Part shown: positions 18,112 to 26,400 of the stretch, piece by piece
How the letters are laid out: each line of letters opens with the position of its first letter
How positions within the stretch are numbered: the stretch's first letter is position 1
The notes under the pieces: model-generated
Told to the model about the DNA's origin: nothing
The model's database searches: none
What the model saw: the letters and a program-made list of their open reading frames with translations, nothing else
Translations under genes and position numbers: made by a program
Assembly: GCA_044508265.1 (NCBI GenBank)
Contig: JBIQIB010000011.1
Location: 1-56,514, forward strand
Reading direction: 5' to 3'
DNA from: Acidobacteriota bacterium
GTDB lineage: Bacteria > Acidobacteriota > Vicinamibacteria > Vicinamibacterales > Vicinamibacteraceae
Length of the DNA stretch: 56,514 nt

Positions 18112-18125
18112 CCTGACGCGTCAGG
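18112..18125 (+). promoter_or_regulatory. perfect 14-bp palindrome CCTGACGCGTCAGG
   Basis: Lies between the decoration-like gene's stop and the capsid RBS. Confidence 0.5.
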
Positions 18126-18157
18126 CAGCCTAACGAAATACGGAGGACGATAGAGAA

Positions 18158-19213
18158 ATGGCAGACTACACGTGGATGGCGGCAGTCGAGGAACTGTCGC
18201 CCGCAGCCCTGACGGTGCGGGCGCAGCTCCTGTCGCCTAACGACGACGGCCGCCTGCTGTGGGACGTTTTCTTCCCGAGGCAGGACGTCGACAGCATCGA
18301 CATGCGCGAGGTCGTGGGCACCGACGCGCGCCCGGTCGCCGACCGGCGCGAGTGGAGTGGTCGCGGCAGGCTCATCCCCATGATGACGCCGCGCCTGAAG
18401 GAACTCACCATGGTGCCTATCGAGTCGTACGATCGCATCGACGAGTACGAAATGCAGCGCCTGCGCGAGCGCACGCTGGGCGGCAGTGCCGAACAGATTC
18501 GCAACCTGATCGGCGTGTCGATCCCCGAGCGCACCGACCGTCTGGCAATGGCCGACTACCGCCGGCTGGAGCTCGACGCGTTCCGCGCGTGGGCGTTAGG
18601 CACCATCACGCAGCGCGACCCGCAGACGGGGCGCGGCTACACGGCGTCCTATGGCATCGACACCGGGCGCTATCAGACGGCGTCGACGCCGTGGTCGGAC
18701 CCGGGCGTGAACGCCTATGACGAGTTCCTCGCGTGGTACGAGGACGCGATCGAGCGCAGCGGCACGCCGGCGGGTGCGCTCATGCGCCTGTCGGAGGTGC
18801 GCACGATTCAGGCGGACGCACCTACACTCCTCGGCGGCGTGAAGATGACGCGCGCGCAGCTAGAGGAGCGCATCAGCGACGACGTGGGGCAGCCGTTCCG
18901 CTTCTACGTCAACGAGCAGTCGCTCGACCCGTTCACGGACGGCGGCCTAACGACTGCGCGCGAGAAGGTGTGGCCGGCCGGTACGATCGCCTACGTGCCT
19001 GCGGGCAACCGCATCGGCATGACGGCGTTCGCGCCCGTGACGCGCGCCATGGACCTGAGCGATCAGGTGCCTGACGCTGGCATCGACATCCGGGGCGTGA
19101 CGGTGTTCCACGAGGACGAGAACATCGGCCGTGGCCTGACGCTGGAGGCCCAGTTGAACGCGATGCCGATTCCCAACGAGCAGAACGTGGACGTCATCAA
19201 GGTGACCGCCTAA
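18158..19213 (+). CDS. major capsid protein (lambda gpE-like family)
   Basis: 351 aa, strong RBS GGAGGA. Sequence features such as ELTMVPIESYDRIDEYEM and AFAPVTRAMDL are typical of capsid E-type proteins, and the position fits. Confidence 0.8.
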   Translation: MADYTWMAAVEELSPAALTVRAQLLSPNDDGRLLWDVFFPRQDVDSIDMREVVGTDARPVADRREWSGRGRLIPMMTPRLKELTMVPIESYDRIDEYEMQRLRERTLGGSAEQIRNLIGVSIPERTDRLAMADYRRLELDAFRAWALGTITQRDPQTGRGYTASYGIDTGRYQTASTPWSDPGVNAYDEFLAWYEDAIERSGTPAGALMRLSEVRTIQADAPTLLGGVKMTRAQLEERISDDVGQPFRFYVNEQSLDPFTDGGLTTAREKVWPAGTIAYVPAGNRIGMTAFAPVTRAMDLSDQVPDAGIDIRGVTVFHEDENIGRGLTLEAQLNAMPIPNEQNVDVIKVTA

Positions 19214-19267
19214 CGGGCGGTCACCGACCCTTCACCTAACGACGACGATCACGGAGGCTCACGCATC

Positions 19268-19642
19268 ATGGCATCCTCACGAACTCTCTCGCGGCTCACC
19301 ACCACCGTGCGCGTGCCGGGCAAGGCGGGGCAGCGCCCGCGCAGCTACACGCCTGACGACATCGAGGCATTCGAGGCCGAGGTGGATAAGGAGACGATCG
19401 CATCCCTCACGGAGCGCGGCGTCTACGTGCCCGCACGCGGCGCGGCGTCAGGCAGCAAGGCACAGCAGGATGGTGGCGGGAGCGCGAGCACTGACACGGG
19501 CGACGGCGCCAGCCAGACCGGCGATGCTGCCGGGTCGCCTACGTCGCCGGGCAATCCTTCCGCACCGGCGACAACCCCACGTAAGGCAGCGGCCCGCAAG
19601 GGCAGCGGCCGGAAGAGCGGCGCGCGCAAGGGAGGGCACTAA
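19268..19642 (+). CDS. hypothetical protein with low-complexity C-terminus
   Basis: RBS GGAGG; Gly/Ser/Ala-rich basic tail. Confidence 0.6.
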   Translation: MASSRTLSRLTTTVRVPGKAGQRPRSYTPDDIEAFEAEVDKETIASLTERGVYVPARGAASGSKAQQDGGGSASTDTGDGASQTGDAAGSPTSPGNPSAPATTPRKAAARKGSGRKSGARKGGH

Positions 19643-19644
19643 GC

Positions 19645-19890
19645 ATGGCAACTTTCACGATCGCGCCGCGTAAGGCGGTAGCGCACGGCGGCCGCCTGTA
19701 TTACCACGGTCAGGAGGACAAGCTGGTAGCCGCGATGGGCAAGGAGCCTAACGCGTCGCTGCTGGCCGAGCTACGGCGCAAGAAGGTCGTGCTGACCGAG
19801 GCCGAGGCAGAGAAGTACGCGGCAGAGACGGCGAAGGAGCAGCCGGACAACGCTGCGTCGTCAGGCACCGGGCGCCGCACCACGCGCTGA
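19645..19890 (+). CDS. hypothetical protein
   Basis: ATG 2 nt after the upstream stop. Confidence 0.6.
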   Translation: MATFTIAPRKAVAHGGRLYYHGQEDKLVAAMGKEPNASLLAELRRKKVVLTEAEAEKYAAETAKEQPDNAASSGTGRRTTR

Positions 19891-19893
19891 CAG

Positions 19894-20322
19894 GTGCCTA
19901 TTACCGGGGTGGACGTCACGGCGCCTGTAGGCGCCCTGACGACCGACCTGCTGGCGGCACTCGTCACCACCGTGGCGGGTGCCGCTACTGCGGCCGACGT
20001 GGCCGACGCGTACGCCGACGCAGGCAACGCGCGCACGGCCGCGTGGGCCGACGCCTCACGAGCGCGGCGCGGCGCCGTGGCGTGGGCGCAGTATCGCGCG
20101 CTCACCGATCGTGCGCAGCAGATACTCACCGCGCCGTCGTCGGCGTCGGCTGACGGCGAGGGCAGCGTCGGCTACTCGTCGTCGCAGGCCGAGCTACTAA
20201 TAAAGGCGGCCGAGGCCCAACTGGCGGCGTTCCTCGTCGAGGAGCAGGCCGAGCTAGCGCCTGACGACGGCCGGCCGCTGCCGCGCGTCTCACGATCGGT
20301 GCGCGTGCGCACGGAGTATTGA
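19894..20322 (+). CDS. head-tail connector/adaptor (putative, by position)
   Basis: GTG start; Ala-rich 142-aa protein downstream of the capsid gene. Confidence 0.45.
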   Translation: MPITGVDVTAPVGALTTDLLAALVTTVAGAATAADVADAYADAGNARTAAWADASRARRGAVAWAQYRALTDRAQQILTAPSSASADGEGSVGYSSSQAELLIKAAEAQLAAFLVEEQAELAPDDGRPLPRVSRSVRVRTEY

Positions 20323-20329
20323 GGACACG

Positions 20330-20761
20330 ATGACGCCGGCCGGCGGCTTCCTGCCTGACGCGGCGCGCGATCAGCTAGCGCGCATGGCCGAGGCCGAAAT
20401 GACGGCGTCGTGCAGCGCGTCTCGCCTAGGCGTGCCGACGCCGGGGCCGGGCGGGACGCAGGTCCGCACCGAGGTGCCTGACGACGAGGTGCAGGGAGTG
20501 CCGTGCAAGTTCCGCCCGGCCGCTGCGCCTAACGAGGTCGTCGTCGCCGGCGCCGTGAGGGAGGGCGCGCCGTTCGTCGTCAGGTTCCCGCGCGGGACGC
20601 CGGTGCGCGCTTACCATCGCCTGACGATCGAGCACGACGAGGAGGGCGTGCCCAACCCGCTGATACTCGACGTCGTCGGCGTCGAGTATCGCGTCAACGA
20701 GGTGACGCGGCGCGTGATGGCGGTGATGGTCGCCGGCCCGCAGGCGCCGCGTGAGGCATAA
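20330..20761 (+). CDS. head closure/adaptor protein (putative, by position)
   Basis: 143 aa, between the connector-like gene and the HK97 gp10-like gene. Confidence 0.45.
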   Translation: MTPAGGFLPDAARDQLARMAEAEMTASCSASRLGVPTPGPGGTQVRTEVPDDEVQGVPCKFRPAAAPNEVVVAGAVREGAPFVVRFPRGTPVRAYHRLTIEHDEEGVPNPLILDVVGVEYRVNEVTRRVMAVMVAGPQAPREA

Positions 20762-20769
20762 CGACGAGC

Positions 20770-21183
20770 ATGGCGACTCCCGCACTGACACTATCGACGC
20801 GCAACCTGTCCGGCCTCGCCGCGCGCTTCCGCGCGTACGATCGCCGGTTCGTGGGCGCAGTCAAGCGCAGCGTCAGGCGCAACGCCGACCAGTTGCTCGA
20901 CGAGGCGTGGCACGCGTGCCCGGTCGACACGGGCTACATGCGCGACCATATCCGCGTCCTTATCACCGACGACGGCCTCGCCTACGAGGTCGGCTGGCGT
21001 GAGGAGGATTTCCTAGACGAGCACGGGGCATTTTACCCGCTATACGTCATATTCGGCACGGTGCACATGGCCGGCCGCGACTTCTTCTTCCCGCTCGCTA
21101 GGCAGCAGCGCGCGAAGTTCAGGCGTGAGCTACGCCGCTCGTGGCGCTCGTCGATCGCGCGCATGGGAGGTGCTGTAGCATGA
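20770..21183 (+). CDS. HK97 gp10-family neck/tail-completion protein
   Basis: The CPVDTGYMRDHI motif is characteristic of the HK97 gp10 family. Confidence 0.7.
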   Translation: MATPALTLSTRNLSGLAARFRAYDRRFVGAVKRSVRRNADQLLDEAWHACPVDTGYMRDHIRVLITDDGLAYEVGWREEDFLDEHGAFYPLYVIFGTVHMAGRDFFFPLARQQRAKFRRELRRSWRSSIARMGGAVA

Positions 21184-21662
21184 GCGGCCTAACGATCGGC
21201 TTCGGCGACGCCGTCGCTGCCGCGCTCAGCGCGAGCGCAGCGGTTCAGGCGATCCTGCACTCGACCGACGACCCGCTCGCGTGGCCGCCGTGGATGCTCG
21301 CGCACCCGCGCGTGTTCGACACGTCGGCCGACCCGCAGTTCGCCGCGCCGTACATCCTGATCGGCCGCACCACGGCAGGCACGCCCGAGGGGCGCGCGTC
21401 AGGCGCCGCGTTCGGCGAGCGCACGGAGCGCGGCGACAAGACTCTGCACTGCTGGATGCCGGGCGGCGAGCAACGCCCGGCGCTGGAGCTATGGGAGGCG
21501 GTGCGCGCCGCGCTCACGGTGGCCGAGGTATCGGCGCCTGACGAGTCGGGCATCGTGCTCCTGCGCTGCCGTTCGCGGCTCGTTACGACGCTCCCTGACC
21601 CGTCGGGTACAGCGCATCAGGCGGTGGTCGAGGTGACCGGGATCGTGCGCGCCGGTGCCTAA
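21180..21662 (+). CDS. tail terminator / DUF3168-like protein (putative)
   Basis: ATGA overlap at 21180, GGGAGG RBS. The pattern AVQAIL...RVFD...APYILIGR resembles DUF3168. Confidence 0.55.
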   Translation: MSGLTIGFGDAVAAALSASAAVQAILHSTDDPLAWPPWMLAHPRVFDTSADPQFAAPYILIGRTTAGTPEGRASGAAFGERTERGDKTLHCWMPGGEQRPALELWEAVRAALTVAEVSAPDESGIVLLRCRSRLVTTLPDPSGTAHQAVVEVTGIVRAGA

Positions 21663-21682
21663 CTACTACACGGAGGGGTTGC

Positions 21683-21946
21683 ATGCCTGACGACAGGGGC
21701 GGTAATGTATCCACGGGCAGCGCGCCCGCGCGGCGCTTCGTGCTGCGACGCGGCGTGGACCCGGAGGCGGCGATTCAGGCGATCGAGGCATCGCTCGACG
21801 CCGCGCACGCCGGCCTAGCCGCACTGGCCTCGATGTTCACCGAGGCGGTGCCGCCACCACCGCCGCCGCCGAAGCCCGAGCGCAGGGTGTTCGGCGCGCC
21901 GGCCGGCGATGCCGCACGCGGCCCGAAGGACTCGTCAGGCACCTGA
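21683..21946 (+). CDS. hypothetical proline-rich protein
   Basis: ATGCCTGACGA start after GGAGGGG; contains PPPPPPPKP. Confidence 0.5.
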   Translation: MPDDRGGNVSTGSAPARRFVLRRGVDPEAAIQAIEASLDAAHAGLAALASMFTEAVPPPPPPPKPERRVFGAPAGDAARGPKDSSGT

Positions 21947-22012
21947 CGCCTGACGACACATCCTGCCTGACGACGAGCGTCAGGCGTCACCCGTAGCGGA
22001 GGGCGCGACATC

Positions 22013-22432
22013 ATGCCGCCAATCAATCCGGAAACCAGCCTAGTGCAGATTGCGGCGGCGGCCGAGGGGCCGTTCGCCACGATCGCCGACCTCGACAACT
22101 ACAACTGGGACCGCTCGCGCGCGCAGGGGCAGCAGCGGCGCGTGTTCGGCAACCCGGCGCCGTACGTGCAGCCGGGCAGCAAGGACAGCACGTATGGGCT
22201 CAGTGGCCTATACAACCCGGCCGACACCAACGGGCAGAACGTGCTGGAGGACGCCTACGAGAACGGCACGGACATTTACCTGCAGGTGCTGCCTGACGGC
22301 GAGGACGGTTGGATGGAGAAGTGCAAGGTCACTCGTTATGCAGGTAACGGCGCAGCGAACGATCAGGACTTCGTCGAGGTTCAGTTCGAGCTACAGGGTG
22401 ACACGGTCATCACCCCGGTGGCGGGCACCTGA
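22013..22432 (+). CDS. major tail protein
   Basis: 139-aa beta-rich protein immediately upstream of the chaperone and tape-measure genes. Confidence 0.65.
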   Translation: MPPINPETSLVQIAAAAEGPFATIADLDNYNWDRSRAQGQQRRVFGNPAPYVQPGSKDSTYGLSGLYNPADTNGQNVLEDAYENGTDIYLQVLPDGEDGWMEKCKVTRYAGNGAANDQDFVEVQFELQGDTVITPVAGT

Positions 22433-22664
22433 CGGGACGCCCACGAAGCGTGAGCGCGTGCGTTGCCTGACGACGGCCGGCCGCTAGCCCGGTCGATCGT
22501 CAGGTGCGCCGCGCCGCGCAGCGCAGCGCACGCGTAGCGCATGACCAGTAGGATCCGAAGGCACCCGGTCGCCCGACGACGACGACCCCGAAGGATTCCG
22601 CGCGGTGCCTCACGCGACCCGGACGGCATCGCACCCCTTCGCCCTTCCGGCAGGTACAGACGAC

Positions 22665-23225
22665 ATGACGAGCAACACGAGCACGAGCAACACGAGCCCC
22701 GCCGGCGCGCAGCGCGCCGCCACCGGCACGACACCCGGCACGCCCGCAGCAGCCGCAGCGCCTGACGAGAAGCAGGCGGCGCGCCCGAAGCGCTCGCTGC
22801 GCGATCGCACGCGCCGCGTAGGCCAGCGCACGGTCAGGCGCACGGAAACGGTCACGGTGCGCGCGAAGCGCGACCCCGAGGAGGGCGAGGGCACGGAGCC
22901 GATCGAGGAGATACTGACGTTCGAGGTGCGCCCCATGATGGGCGGCGCACGCTCGCGCCTCATCGACGAGGGTTACACCGAGGTGCGCACGATCGTCGGC
23001 AACGAGTCGCGCGTTAGGATGGTGCCGATCCTCGACAAGTATTTCGCTATCGCCATCATGGAGTCGACCTACGACCCGGAGACGGGCGAGCGCGTGTGGC
23101 CTAACAAGGAGGACATGGCCGCCGTCATCGACCTAGACCCGAAGGTTCATGACGAGCTAGTTGCGGCGGCGATCCGCGTGAACGGCCTAAGCAAGGAGGC
23201 GCGTGAGGCACTGGGGGAAGATTGA
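22665..23225 (+). CDS. tail assembly chaperone, short (gpG-like) form
   Basis: Lies directly upstream of the tape measure and ends just after the G-run slippery site. Alternative GTG start at 22605. Confidence 0.7.
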   Translation: MTSNTSTSNTSPAGAQRAATGTTPGTPAAAAAPDEKQAARPKRSLRDRTRRVGQRTVRRTETVTVRAKRDPEEGEGTEPIEEILTFEVRPMMGGARSRLIDEGYTEVRTIVGNESRVRMVPILDKYFAIAIMESTYDPETGERVWPNKEDMAAVIDLDPKVHDELVAAAIRVNGLSKEAREALGED

Positions 23226-23386
23226 GGCGATCGCCGCACCGGCGCTTCCTGTTCCATGTGGCCGAGACGTTAGGCAAGAGCGTGAAGTGGGTCGAGGACA
23301 ACATGGACGCGCAGGAACTGGCCGAGTGGCAGGAACTGCGCATCATCGAGAACAAGGAGCGCCGGCGCTGGCGACGCCTGAACTGA
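22665..23386 (+). CDS. tail assembly chaperone, -1 frameshifted long (gpG-T-like) form
   Basis: Shifting -1 at GGGGGAA (23213-23219) opens a frame encoding GGRLRRSPHRRFLFHVAETLGKSVKWVEDNMDAQELAEWQELRIIENKERRRWRRLN, ending TGA 23384-23386. That frame has G/C-rich third positions. Confidence 0.6.
23213..23219 (+). promoter_or_regulatory. putative -1 ribosomal frameshift site GGGGGAA
   Basis: A G-run lies 4 codons before the chaperone stop, and the -1 frame is open and coding-like to 23386. Confidence 0.55.
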
Positions 23387-23438
23387 TGTGACACGTTAGG
23401 CAGGACGACACTCACCCGGGGAGTCTGGACGAACAGCA

Positions 23439-26400
23439 ATGGCCGACGAGCGCCTGATAATTGCCGCCGAGGTGGACCCGCGCGGGGTGCAGCGCGGCAT
23501 GGCGGCCGTGATGCAGGAGATACGGGGCGCCGCGTCAGGCGTAGGCGCGGCGCTCTCGCGCGTGCGCATCGACGCCGACACGCTGTTCCCGCGCGAGGTG
23601 CGCGACGCGGCGGCCGAGGAAGGGCGCGCGATCGCCGAGGCCGTGATCGAGAGCGTGGCCGAGACTACGCGCAGCGGCCGGGGCGTCCTCAGTGAGGCGG
23701 GCAATTCGTTAGGTGAAGTGGTCGGCGAGGGCATCACCGACACGATGGCCGACGTCGTCGAGGGCGGCCAGCGCCGAATCGCCGAACTCATCCGGGGCAT
23801 AACGAGAGAGCTAGCGACTGCCGCGCCGACGCAGGCGGCGGCCGTGCGCGTGTCGGCGGCCGACCTTACGGCGCTGCAGCAACTCGTGGCCGAGCAGGAG
23901 GAGGCGCGTGCGTCAGGCGAGGCCGCCGCGTCGTCGGTCGAGACTCTCGTCGCGGCACTGGAGGCGTTAGGCACCGTGTCGTCGGCCGGCGAGCCTGCCG
24001 TGCGCGGCGTGCGCACCGCGCTGGAGTCCTTGGACGGCGCCCTAGCTGACGTCAACCTAGGCGAGCCGGTCGTCGATGTAGGCGCCCTGACGAGGTTCGC
24101 CGCGCTCTATGCCGAGTCACTGGGCGGTGCCCTCGGCCCCGCGATGACGGCCGAGGGCGAGGCACTGGGCAGCGCGCTCACCGCCGGCATCACAGCGGGG
24201 CTCAGAGACGCGGTTGCGGCCGCAGAGGCGGCGCGTGCCGCGATGGCGGCCAGTCGGGCAGGCGAAGGTATGGACCCGGCCCCGATCGCGGCTCAGACGG
24301 CACGTGGTGCGGCCGAGGCCGCTATTCAGGCGACCGAGTCCGCGATCGACGCGGCGCGTCAGGCAGGACGCATGGACCTGTTGGACCCGGCGCAGGCTGC
24401 GCGCGACGCGGCCGAGGCCGGCGCGGCGGCCGGGCAGGCTGCCGGTCAGTCGTTCGCGGCGATGACGGCCGACGAGGTGCGCGCCGCTCGTGAGGCGCTG
24501 GCGGCCGAGGCGGCGGCGTTCGACACGTCGCGCCGTGGCATCGTGGCCGAGGAGGATATCGCGGCCCTGCGCGCCATGACGGCCGAACTGCTGGAGGTAG
24601 CGCGCAACACCAAGGGCGCCGAGGTCGAGGTGCTCGCGCTGGAGCAGGCTATGGCCTCGCTCACGGCAGCGTCGCCTAACGTCATGCGCATGTCAACTGA
24701 CATGAAGGCGTCGATCGCCGGCATGCAGCAGGCGTTCAGCGAGGCGCGCCGCGCGCAACTGGAGATCATCGCTGCCGTGCAGGCGCTGCCTGACGAGCCG
24801 ACTGATGTCGACCTGACGGGCATACGCGACATGATCGTTGCTGCTCGTGAGGCAGCGATGGCGATGGAGGGCGCCGAGGTCGAGGCGAAGCAACTTGACG
24901 AGGCACTGGACGCGATCGACGGCACCAGCCGCCGGGGCGTGCAGGGACTGAAGGGCGTCGCGTCGGCCCTAAGCGAGGTACGCGCCGCGCAGATAGGCTG
25001 GATGCGCGAGGCGCGCGCGTCGTCGCCTGACGACGACACGACCGGGCTGGCGGCCGTCCTCACCGCACACCGCCGCATCTTGGAGATCGAGGGCGAGCGC
25101 GCGAACGTGGCAACGGCGCGCGGTCGTCAGGCGCTTAGCGCGGCCGAGCTAGAGCAGGCGGCCATGGCGCAGGTGCGCGCCGAGATGGGGAACGAGATTA
25201 ACCTGTTGCGCCTGCGCGGCCGTGTGCTCGATGGCACGTCGTCGGAGGCGATCGCGATGTGGCGCGAGGAAGCGGCGGCGATCCGCCAGCAGGCGGTCGA
25301 GGTCGGCGCGGCGGCTGAAGAACTGCTGAAGCTCGACCTAGTCGTGCAGCAGGTCGAGGGTCGCCTAACGCGCATGGGGCACGGCGTCAGCGGCACCAGC
25401 AAGGCGATCGACGGCCTAACGACGCGCACCGGGCGCTTCACGATTCAGGGGCGCGCCGCAGCGAACGCCGCGCTGCAGATCGGCTTCGCTATGCAGGCCG
25501 CCGCGACGAACATGGACACGGCCGAGGGCAGGATGCGCGGCGCCCTGCAGGCGGCGAGCGCGGTGGGCCTCGCGTTCGGGCCGAAGGGCGTAGTCGTGGC
25601 GGCGCTCGCGCAGGCGTCGATCGCCGCCATGGAGTTCGCGAACCGCACGACGACGGCCGAGAAGGCGGCGAAGGAATACGCCGAGGAACTGGACGGCGTG
25701 CGCGGTGCGGCCGAGCGGACCACGGCGGCGCTGCGCTCGCTCACGGAGCAGCAGGCTCTCGTCAGGCAGTTTCGCGTTAGGGTCGACCTGACGGAGGCGC
25801 AGGACAGCATCCGCGAGCTACGCGCCGAGATGCGCGAAATGGCGACCGACGACTCGTTCGTCACCGCCCTGCGTTCGGGCTCGACCATCCGCAACTTCGT
25901 GTCCGAGATCCATTCGGCCACGGAGGCACACCGTGCCGGCGCACTATCGCTGGAGGAGTACCTAGCGCGCGTTGCCGAGATCGGGCGTCGCAACCCGCAC
26001 GTGCGCGAGCACGTGGCCGAGTTCCTCGCGTTAGGCGAGGCGCTGCAGGCAGCCGAACGCAGGGCGGCCGGCCTGAACGCCGAGACGGAGGCGCTGCGGC
26101 GCCTGCAGGCTGCACGACCGGGCGACACTATCACGCCGCTCACCGAGGCACTGGAGCAGCAGCGCGAGCTTAACGCCGCTCGTGAGGCAGGCGGCCGTCG
26201 TGAGGCTGCGATCCTCTCGCGCTCGATCGACGCGTGGGCACAGTATCGCACGTCGGCACTGGCGCCGGCGACGGCCCGGTACGTGTCCTTCCGCGAGGCG
26301 ATGGAGGGCACCGACCCGGTGCTGCGCACGCAGGCGGCGGCGATCCGCGCGCAGGCCGAGGAACTGGAGCGCCTGACGACGGCGGCGAGCGACACCGGCA

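Noticed and set aside
23203-23391. Track ORF in the gap between the chaperone and the tape measure
   Set aside because: It is in the wrong frame. Its translation (MRHWGKIEAIAAPALPVPCGRDVRQEREVGRG...) looks non-coding. The coding-like extension is in the -1 frame relative to the chaperone, ending at 23386.
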